A stretch of DNA of 64,000 bases. Origin: Lachnospiraceae bacterium (GTDB lineage: Bacteria; Bacillota; Clostridia; Lachnospirales; Lachnospiraceae). The stretch is taken from the NCBI GenBank assembly GCA_045126215.1, contig JBGVOD010000051.1, positions 1,615 to 65,614 of the forward strand, in the 5' to 3' direction. Numbering within the stretch: position 1 is the first letter of the stretch; each line of letters opens with the position of its first letter. The notes beneath the pieces were generated by a model, which saw only the letters and a program-made list of their open reading frames with translations, ran no database searches and had not been told where the DNA came from. Below, piece after piece: positions 49,263 through 55,926 of the stretch. Position numbers and translations under genes: made by a program.

Positions 49263-49853
49263 ATGAATTGTCAGAAGTGTGGAACACAATATGATGATAA
49301 CAGTGCATTTTGTCCAAATTGTGGTACACAGAATATGGGTACACAGCAAAACTATGGTGGACAGCCAAATTATAATGCACAGCAGAACTATGGCGGACAG
49401 CCAAATTATGGTGGGCAGCCAAACTACGGTGGACAGCCAAATTATGGTGGACAGCCAAATTATGGCGGACAACCAATGATGGGTAATGGATACAGAGCAC
49501 CAATTAAACAGAGAAATATTGCTACTTGCATAATACTTTCTATTGTAACATGTGGTATTTACAGTATCATATGGTTTATTAGCATGGTTGATGATTTAAA
49601 TGTTGCCAGTGGATATCAGCAGGATCAGTCAGGTGGTACAGTATTCCTTCTTTCTCTTGTAACATGTGGTATTTATCAGTATTTTTGGTTATACAAAGCA
49701 GGAGAAAAGGTAAATGCAATTAAACAGCGTAGTGGAATGATGCCGGATTCAAATTCAGGTGTAATATATTTACTTCTTGCAATATTTGGACTTGGAATTG
49801 TATCTTTTGCGTTTATTCAGACAGAACTTAATAAAGTTGCTTCATATCAATAA
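49263..49853 (+). CDS. Zinc-ribbon protein with QxNYGG repeat linker and DUF4234-like two-TM C-terminal domain
   Basis: CQKCG..CPNCG zinc ribbon, seven Q(P/Q)NY(G/N)(G/A) hexapeptide repeats, and two repeats of the motif SIVTCGIYSIIWF / SLVTCGIYQYFWL. Confidence 0.8.
   Translation: MNCQKCGTQYDDNSAFCPNCGTQNMGTQQNYGGQPNYNAQQNYGGQPNYGGQPNYGGQPNYGGQPNYGGQPMMGNGYRAPIKQRNIATCIILSIVTCGIYSIIWFISMVDDLNVASGYQQDQSGGTVFLLSLVTCGIYQYFWLYKAGEKVNAIKQRSGMMPDSNSGVIYLLLAIFGLGIVSFAFIQTELNKVASYQ
49344..49469 (+). repeat. Seven in-frame 18-bp tandem repeats (QPNYGG)
   Basis: Units begin at 49344, 49362, 49380, 49398, 49416, 49434 and 49452. The last four are near-identical. Confidence 0.9.
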
Positions 49854-49879
49854 GATTATTTAAAATGATACATAGAAGA

Positions 49880-49913
49880 CTGTCGTACTAAGTAATTAGT
49901 ACGGCAGTTTTTT
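49880..49913 (+). terminator. Rho-independent terminator after the DUF4234 gene
   Basis: ctgtcgtacta / tagtacggcag stem followed by a T6 run. Confidence 0.8.
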
Positions 49914-49928
49914 ACTTTATTATATTGA

Positions 49929-49953
49929 GGTGTCAAAATGCCCTTTTGACACC
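49929..49953. promoter_or_regulatory. Isolated 10-bp-arm palindrome GGTGTCAAAA-N5-TTTTGACACC
   Basis: Perfect inverted repeat with no T tract on either strand. Lies about 55 bp upstream of the ilvE promoter candidate. Confidence 0.35.
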
Positions 49954-50006
49954 AAAATATTATAAAGTAAAAAACAATCTTTGACTCATATAAGAAGATT
50001 AGGTAC

Positions 50007-50035
50007 TTGCATACTTGAATGAATGGTGCTAAAAT
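50007..50035 (+). promoter_or_regulatory. Extended -10 promoter candidate for ilvE
   Basis: TTGCAT (50007-50012), N17 ending in TGc, TAAAAT (50030-50035). Confidence 0.5.
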
Positions 50036-50068
50036 TAGAAAAGTTTTAAACGAAAGGAAGTAACAGTT

Positions 50069-51091
50069 ATGGAAAAAAATATTGACTGGTCAAATTTAGG
50101 TTTTGGCTATCAGAAAACAAACAAAAGATTTGTTGCAAACTTCAAAAATGGTGCTTGGGATGAAGGCGTTCTTACAACAGATGATACAGTAACAATCAGC
50201 GAATGTGCAGGTGTTTTACAGTATGCTCAGACATGTTTTGAAGGCCTAAAAGCATATACAACAGAGGATGGTCATATCGTGTGCTTCAGACCTGATTTAA
50301 ATGCATCACGTATGAAGGATTCTTGTGAAAGACTTGAAATGCCTGTATTTCCAGAAGATAGATTTATTCAGGCTGTAAAAGATGTAGTTGAGGCAAATGC
50401 TGAATTTGTACCACCATACGGTTCAGGAGCTACATTATATATTAGACCATATATGTTTGGTTCAAGTGCAGTTATTGGTGTTAAACCAGCAGAGGAGTAT
50501 CAGTTCAGAATGTTCTGTACACCTGTAGGACCATACTTCAAGGGTGGCGCTAAGCCAATTACAATTAAGATTAGTGATTTTGACAGAGCAGCTCCTCATG
50601 GAACAGGCAATATCAAGGCTGGTCTTAACTATGCAATGAGTTTACATGCAATTGTTACAGCTCATAATGAAGGATATGCTGAAAATATGTATCTTGATGC
50701 TGCAACACGTACAAAAGTTGAAGAAACAGGAGGCGCAAACTTCTTATTTGTAACAAAGGACGGAAAGGTTGTAACACCAAAGTCAAATAGTATTCTTCCA
50801 TCAATTACACGTCGTTCACTTATGGTTGTTGCAAAAGAATATCTTGGACTTGAAGTTGAAGAAAGAGAAGTATACAAAGAAGAATTAAAGGATTTTGCAG
50901 AATGTGGTCTTTGTGGTACTGCAGCAGTTATTTCGCCTGTTGGAAAAATTGTTGATCATGGTACAGAAATCTGCTTACCAAGTGGTATGGATGAAATGGG
51001 ACCTATTACAAAGAAACTTTATGATACATTAACAGGCATCCAGATGGGCAAAATTAAAGCTCCAGAAGGCTGGATTACAGTTATTAGATAG
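50069..51091 (+). CDS. ilvE: Branched-chain amino acid aminotransferase
   Basis: 340-aa class IV aminotransferase (CFEGLKAY, YIRP, GNIKAGLNY, ETGGANFLFV, GTAAVISPV). Confidence 0.93.
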   Translation: MEKNIDWSNLGFGYQKTNKRFVANFKNGAWDEGVLTTDDTVTISECAGVLQYAQTCFEGLKAYTTEDGHIVCFRPDLNASRMKDSCERLEMPVFPEDRFIQAVKDVVEANAEFVPPYGSGATLYIRPYMFGSSAVIGVKPAEEYQFRMFCTPVGPYFKGGAKPITIKISDFDRAAPHGTGNIKAGLNYAMSLHAIVTAHNEGYAENMYLDAATRTKVEETGGANFLFVTKDGKVVTPKSNSILPSITRRSLMVVAKEYLGLEVEEREVYKEELKDFAECGLCGTAAVISPVGKIVDHGTEICLPSGMDEMGPITKKLYDTLTGIQMGKIKAPEGWITVIR

Positions 51092-51164
51092 TATAAAAAA
51101 GACAGTTCGCTTGTACCATCCTGTCTATAAACAAAACCAGGACTACCATATTTTATGATTTTTA

Positions 51165-51198
51165 AGTGGTAGATTTATAATCTGCCACTTTTGATTTA
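51165..51198 (+). terminator. Rho-independent terminator after ilvE
   Basis: agtggtaga-tttataa-tctgccact stem-loop followed by tttgattt. Confidence 0.7.
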
Positions 51199-51242
51199 TA
51201 AGGTTATGTATAAGAAAGATATTTTTGTTAATTGCTTTTAGA

Positions 51243-51470
51243 ATATTGCACAAAGTATATAGGCATTTGTGACTTTTGTAGGATATTAGAGTTTCTTAAG
51301 GTTCTTTCATTAAATAGCAATTTGGCGGCAAGGATGCCGACAAAAGGCTGAACTGAGCCACGGAGGGCGAATTTCAGCCGGTTGCGTCTCTTTTTCAAAA
51401 AGTAGTAAGAACATTTAGAAACTCTTATATCCGGAAAATGGAGCAAATGACGATATATTTTGTGCAATAT
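51243..51470 (+). repeat. 228-bp long-stem inverted-repeat element with GC-rich core (structured RNA leader or MITE-like element; unclassified)
   Basis: Arms 51243-51305 and 51408-51470 pair at 50/63 WC positions, plus 3 G.U valid only on the + strand. The 102-nt core contains hairpins at 51326-51339 and 51346-51379. Lies in the largest non-coding gap of the window, directly upstream of queD. Confidence 0.7.
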
Positions 51471-51566
51471 ACGAGAAATAATACTGAAGATATCGTTGAA
51501 CACCATAACTTTATAAATTAAAACATTTCCCTACGATACGTAATTTGTTTTATGAAAGGAGAAAAT

Positions 51567-51992
51567 ATGTTTACACTTACTTCTGAACACAGCTTTGATG
51601 CGGCTCATTTTCTTCATGGATACAGAGGAAAATGCAGTAATATACATGGACACAGATGGCGTGTCGTTGTTGAAATATGTAGTGACAGATTAAAGGATGA
51701 AGACGAGCAGACCAGAGGAATGCTTGTTGATTTTCATACTTTAAAGGCAGATATTAAGGAAATGGTTGATTATTTTGATCATTCATTGATTATTGAAAAA
51801 GGCACTCTTATGGAAAAGACATATGAGGCTCTTAAAGAGGAAGGAATAAGGCTTGTTGAGGTGGATTTTAGATCTACAGCAGAGAATTTTTCAAAATATT
51901 TTTATGATGAGATGAAGAAAAAAGGATATAGAGTTAAGAAAGTTTCTGTATATGAAACACCAAATAATTTAGCAACATATTGTGAGGAATAA
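51567..51992 (+). CDS. queD: 6-carboxy-5,6,7,8-tetrahydropterin synthase QueD
   Basis: FDAAHFLHGYRGKCSNIHGHRW motif. ATG 51567 follows the AAAGGAG RBS. Confidence 0.93.
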   Translation: MFTLTSEHSFDAAHFLHGYRGKCSNIHGHRWRVVVEICSDRLKDEDEQTRGMLVDFHTLKADIKEMVDYFDHSLIIEKGTLMEKTYEALKEEGIRLVEVDFRSTAENFSKYFYDEMKKKGYRVKKVSVYETPNNLATYCEE

Positions 51993-52007
51993 TGAAAGGA
52001 TAGAAAA

Positions 52008-52676
52008 ATGGCATATTTCGATGTTGTTGAAAAATTTGTAAGTATAAATGGGGAAGGAAGAAAAGCAGGTCAGCTGGCAGTATTTATTAGATTTAAAGGA
52101 TGTAATTTAAAGTGTGAATATTGTGACACAAAGTGGGCTAATGAGAATGATGCAATGTGTGAAAAGATGACTGAACATGAAATATATCAGTACATCAAAG
52201 ACACAGGAGTAAAAAATGTTACACTAACAGGTGGCGAGCCATTATATAGGGATGATATAGATATATTATTACGTCTGCTTGATAATGATGAAAATATAAG
52301 TGTAGAAATAGAAACAAACGGAAGTATTGATTTGACAGAATATATAAAAATTAGCGAAAGAATTACATTTACAGTTGATTATAAATTATCATTAAGTGGT
52401 ATGGAAAAAGCTATGTATCTTAAGAATTATGAAATATTACGTGACATAGATACTGTTAAGTTTGTTGTTGGAAATGTAGATGATTTGATAAAATCAAAAG
52501 CTATAATAGATGAATATAATTTAGCAGGAAAATGTAAAATCTATCTTAGTCCTGTTTTTGGAAAGATAAAGCCGGAAGAAATTGTTGAATTTATGAAGGA
52601 TAATAGGATGAACGATGTTAACTGTCAGCTTCAGCTGCATAAATATATTTGGGACCCAAATAAAAAAGGCGTCTAG
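52008..52676 (+). CDS. queE: 7-carboxy-7-deazaguanine synthase QueE (radical SAM)
   Basis: [32 protein letters not shown] cluster motif. Confidence 0.92.
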   Translation: [222 protein letters not shown]

Positions 52677-52700
52677 CACATTAGTAGAAAGGAAATAGAT

Positions 52701-53306
52701 ATGGCAATAGATACAAATGCAATAAAAGAGCATATTAGGGGAATAATTGTTGCACTTGGAGATAATCCTGAAAGGGAAGGATTGAAGGAGACTCCAGACA
52801 GAGTTGCAAAAATGTATGAAGAAGTTTTTGAAGGTATGAATTATTCAAATGATGAAATTGCAGAAATGTTTGATAAGACCTTTGAACAGGATTTACATGC
52901 ATCAAGTAACAGCAATGATTTGGTAGTTGTAAGAGATATTGATATATACAGCTATTGTGAACATCATCTTGCACTTATGTATGATATGAAAGTTACAGTT
53001 GCATATGTTCCAAATGGAAAGGTTATTGGACTTAGCAAGATTGCAAGAGTATGTGATATGGTATCAAAGAGACTTCAATTGCAGGAAAGAATTGGTTCAG
53101 ATATAGCAGATATAATAGAAAAAATAACAGGATCTTCAGATGTTGCAGTTTTAATTGAAGGATGTCATAGCTGTATGAGTGCAAGAGGAATAAAGAAACA
53201 GAATGCAAAAACATCTACTACAACATTTAGAGGTAAGTTCAAGGATGATTTGGGATTGCAGATAAGACTATATCAGCCATCAGAGCTGCCAAAAAAGGAG
53301 GACTGA
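52701..53306 (+). CDS. folE: GTP cyclohydrolase I (FolE)
   Basis: [32 protein letters not shown] and CMSARG motifs. Confidence 0.95.
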   Translation: MAIDTNAIKEHIRGIIVALGDNPEREGLKETPDRVAKMYEEVFEGMNYSNDEIAEMFDKTFEQDLHASSNSNDLVVVRDIDIYSYCEHHLALMYDMKVTVAYVPNGKVIGLSKIARVCDMVSKRLQLQERIGSDIADIIEKITGSSDVAVLIEGCHSCMSARGIKKQNAKTSTTTFRGKFKDDLGLQIRLYQPSELPKKED

Positions 53307-53308
53307 TT

Positions 53309-53989
53309 ATGAAAGCATTGGTTTTGTTTAGTGGTGGTGTAGATTCTACAACATGCCTTGGAATGGCAATTGAGAAATATGGAAAAGATAATGTAATTGC
53401 ACTATCTATTTCTTATGGGCAGAAACATAAAAAAGAAATCGAAGCATCTGATAAAATAGCAAAATATTATGGTGTTGAGCATATTTATATGGATCTTGCA
53501 AAAATATTTGAATTCAGTGATTGCTCATTACTTAGCCATTCAGATAAAGAAATACCACATGAGTCATATAGTATGCAGATTGAAAAGACAGATGGAAATC
53601 CTGTATCAACATATGTTCCGTTCAGAAATGGACTATTTCTTTCAACGGCAGCAAGTATTGCTCTCTCAAAAGAGTGTAGTGTAATATATTATGGTGCACA
53701 TAGTGATGATGCAGCGGGAAGTGCATATCCTGATTGTAGTGAGGCGTTTAATAATGCAATGAAACAGGCAATATACGAAGGTAGCGGTAAGCAGCTGATT
53801 ATAGAAGCACCATTTGTTACATGGACAAAGAAAGATGTTGTAAGAGAAGGTCTTAGGTTGAAAGTTCCATATGAACTTACATGGAGCTGCTATGAAGGAC
53901 ATGAAAAGCCATGTGGTGTATGTGGTACCTGCATAGACAGACAAAGAGCTTTTGAAGAAAATGGAGTTACAGATCCTATACTAGTATAG
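53309..53989 (+). CDS. queC: 7-cyano-7-deazaguanine (preQ0) synthase QueC
   Basis: PP-loop LFSGGVDSTT and C-terminal zinc motif CGVCGTCIDR. Confidence 0.95.
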   Translation: MKALVLFSGGVDSTTCLGMAIEKYGKDNVIALSISYGQKHKKEIEASDKIAKYYGVEHIYMDLAKIFEFSDCSLLSHSDKEIPHESYSMQIEKTDGNPVSTYVPFRNGLFLSTAASIALSKECSVIYYGAHSDDAAGSAYPDCSEAFNNAMKQAIYEGSGKQLIIEAPFVTWTKKDVVREGLRLKVPYELTWSCYEGHEKPCGVCGTCIDRQRAFEENGVTDPILV

Positions 53990-54057
53990 TTTGATGGAGT
54001 GTTGCAGAATATTAGTAACTTTAGTTATGAGATATAGAAAATATTGTGAGGAAAAAA

Positions 54058-54555
54058 ATGAGTGGAAGAAATGAAAAAGAAACAGAAGGTTTAACACTTC
54101 TTGGAAATAAACAGGTAAAATATGCAGATAATTATGCACCTGAAGTGCTTGAAACATTTATAAACAAGCATCCAGAAAATGACTATTTTGTAAAGTTTAA
54201 TTGTCCTGAATTTACAAGCTTATGTCCTATAACAGGGCAGCCGGATTTTGCCACAATAACAATATCATATGTTCCAGGTGAACGAATGGTAGAGAGTAAA
54301 TCTCTAAAGCTTTATTTATTCAGTTTTAGAAATCATGGAGATTTTCATGAAGATTGTGTTAATATAATAATGAAAGATTTAATAAAGCTTATGGATCCAA
54401 AATATATTGAAGTATGGGGAAAATTCACACCAAGAGGTGGTATAAGTATTGATCCATATTGTAATTATGGAAAAAAAGGTACAAAATGGGAAGAAGTTGC
54501 TTTTAACAGAATGGCAAACCACGATATGTATCCGGAAAAGATTGATAATAGATAA
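54058..54555 (+). CDS. queF: NADPH-dependent preQ0 reductase QueF (type I)
   Basis: [19 protein letters not shown] and E(S/L)K(S/A)LKLY motifs. ATG 54058 follows the GAGG RBS. Confidence 0.93.
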   Translation: MSGRNEKETEGLTLLGNKQVKYADNYAPEVLETFINKHPENDYFVKFNCPEFTSLCPITGQPDFATITISYVPGERMVESKSLKLYLFSFRNHGDFHEDCVNIIMKDLIKLMDPKYIEVWGKFTPRGGISIDPYCNYGKKGTKWEEVAFNRMANHDMYPEKIDNR

Positions 54556-54600
54556 TATTATATATATTAAATAATATATGTAGATATTAAAATGCATATG

Positions 54601-54609
54601 TGATATACT
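54601..54609 (+). promoter_or_regulatory. Extended -10 element candidate ahead of trpS
   Basis: TGaTATACT. The -35 region (tagata) is poor. Confidence 0.3.
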
Positions 54610-54625
54610 TTATAAAGTTTTATGA

Positions 54626-54667
54626 TTTTACGCAGGGCGTTCCTATATATTTTACGCAGAGGCGTTC
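54626..54667 (+). promoter_or_regulatory. Tandem direct repeat TTTTACGCAG(A)GGCGTTC x2 in the trpS leader
   Basis: Copies at 54626-54642 and 54650-54667 with a 24-nt period. Each contains the mini-palindrome ACGC-N3/4-GCGT. Confidence 0.5.
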
Positions 54668-54687
54668 TTGAAGAAAGGCATTTAAAA

Positions 54688-55803
54688 ATGATTGAAAATA
54701 AAAAGAACCAGAAGAAAATTATTTTAACAGGTGACAGACCAACAGGAAGATTACATGTTGGACATTATGTTGGATCTCTTAGAAGAAGAGTGGAACTTCA
54801 GAATACAGGAGATTTTGATAAGATTTTTATTATGATTGCAGATGCACAGGCACTTACAGATAATTTTGATAATCCTGAAAAGGTTAGACAAAATATTATC
54901 GAGGTGGCTCTTGATTATTTAGCATGTGGACTTGATCCTAAGAAATCAACATTATTTATTCAGTCCCAGATACCTGAACTTACAGAACTTTCATTTTACT
55001 ATATGAATCTTGTAACAGTTTCAAGACTTCAGAGAAATCCTACGGTTAAGAGTGAAATTCAGATGAGAAATTTTGAAGCCAGTATTCCTGTTGGATTCTT
55101 TACATATCCAATTAGTCAGGCTTCTGATATTACAGCATTTAAGGCTACAACAGTTCCAGTAGGTGAAGATCAGTTGCCAATGCTTGAGCAGACAAAGGAA
55201 ATTGTAAGAAAGTTTAATGCAACATATGAAACAGATGTATTGGTTGAGCCGGAAATTCTTTTGCCGGATAATAAAGCTTGCCTTAGATTACCAGGTACAG
55301 ATGGAAAGGCAAAAATGAGCAAATCACTTGGAAATTGTATTTATCTGGCTGATACTGAAGAAGATGTAAAGAAGAAAATTATGAGTATGTTTACAGATCC
55401 AAATCATCTTCGTGTGGAAGATCCTGGTAAAGTAGAAGGAAATCCTGTATTCATTTACCTGGATGCATTTTCAAAACAGGAACATTTCGCAGAATATCTT
55501 CCTGATTATGCAAATCTTGATGAGCTTAAGGCACATTACCAGAGAGGCGGACTTGGAGATGTTAAGGTTAAGAAGTTCTTAAATAATGTTATGCAGGAGA
55601 CTCTTGCACCTATTAGAGCAAGAAGAAAAGAATTTGAAAAAGATATTCCTGAAATATACAATATTTTAAGAAAAGGTAGCGAAGAGGCGAGAGAAGTTGC
55701 TGCATCAACACTTTCTGATGTAAAGAGCGCTATGAAGATAAATTATTTCGAAGACGAACAACTTATTAAAACTCAAAGTGAAAAATATAGCTACGAATCA
55801 TAA
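54688..55803 (+). CDS. trpS: Tryptophan--tRNA ligase
   Basis: HVGH (HIGH-type), VPVGEDQ and KMSKS motifs. ATG 54688 gives a normal N-terminus; the ORF-track extension from 54622 consists of the leader repeat. Confidence 0.9.
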   Translation: MIENKKNQKKIILTGDRPTGRLHVGHYVGSLRRRVELQNTGDFDKIFIMIADAQALTDNFDNPEKVRQNIIEVALDYLACGLDPKKSTLFIQSQIPELTELSFYYMNLVTVSRLQRNPTVKSEIQMRNFEASIPVGFFTYPISQASDITAFKATTVPVGEDQLPMLEQTKEIVRKFNATYETDVLVEPEILLPDNKACLRLPGTDGKAKMSKSLGNCIYLADTEEDVKKKIMSMFTDPNHLRVEDPGKVEGNPVFIYLDAFSKQEHFAEYLPDYANLDELKAHYQRGGLGDVKVKKFLNNVMQETLAPIRARRKEFEKDIPEIYNILRKGSEEAREVAASTLSDVKSAMKINYFEDEQLIKTQSEKYSYES

Positions 55804-55851
55804 TTGATAGAATAGTATTATATTAATATAGTATTTTACAAGAATATAAAG

Positions 55852-55926
55852 ACTCCTTTCAATATAATTAAAATATATTAATCGTGGAAAATATTTTAAT
55901 TATATTATTCTGAAAGGAGTTTTTTT
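55852..55926 (+). terminator. Strong rho-independent terminator after trpS that contains the GH13 gene's SD
   Basis: Stem of about 28 bp (actcctttcaatataattaaaatat / atattttaattatatt..gaaaggagt) followed by a T7 run that ends at the ATG 55927. AAAGGAG (55913-55919) lies in the 3' arm. Confidence 0.85.

Noticed and set aside
49344-49469. Regularly spaced short repeats as a possible CRISPR array
   Set aside because: The repeats are contiguous with no spacers, have an 18-bp period, and are in frame within a CDS. No cas genes are present in the window.
49167-49503. Alternative-frame and antisense ORFs across the QPNYGG repeat (49167-49472 -, 49261-49503 -, 49279-49479 +), and similar ORFs over the fliY repeat (22980-23253 -)
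   Set aside because: Tandem repeats keep all frames open. The frames with zinc-ribbon/DUF4234 and FliY domain context are clearly the real ones.
51243-51470. 6S RNA (ssrS) as the identity of the long-stem element
   Set aside because: The closing stem plus internal bubble is superficially 6S-like. But the apical part is a 102-nt multi-hairpin region rather than a short terminal stem-loop, and the total length (about 228 nt) exceeds typical 6S RNA. I keep it only as something a covariance-model scan would settle.
51228-51506. 92-aa minus-strand ORF spanning the whole inverted-repeat element upstream of queD
   Set aside because: There is no Shine-Dalgarno upstream of its ATG. Its two ends are encoded by the two arms of the inverted repeat, so the open frame follows from the repeat in AT-rich DNA. 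The product is a basic, low-complexity protein with no recognisable domain.
51507-51530. Shared AT-rich motif CTTTATAAATTAAAACAT (upstream of queD) versus CCTTATAAATTTAAAACAT (1621-1639, the right end of the 116-bp hairpin)
   Set aside because: This is a single 18-19-nt near-match made almost entirely of A/T in a low-GC genome. It is likely chance, and it cannot be evaluated without genome-wide counts.
51471-51566. preQ1-I or preQ1-II riboswitch directly upstream of queD
   Set aside because: There is no short 5-bp hairpin followed by an A-rich ACUA-type tail, and no pseudoknot partner for the AAAGGAG SD that I can see.
54622-54687. N-terminal extension of trpS ([22 protein letters not shown]) suggested by the ORF track, or a leader peptide
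   Set aside because: The extension is just the translated tandem DNA repeat. It has no RBS, contains no Trp codons as an attenuation leader peptide would, and ATG 54688 gives a standard TrpRS N-terminus.
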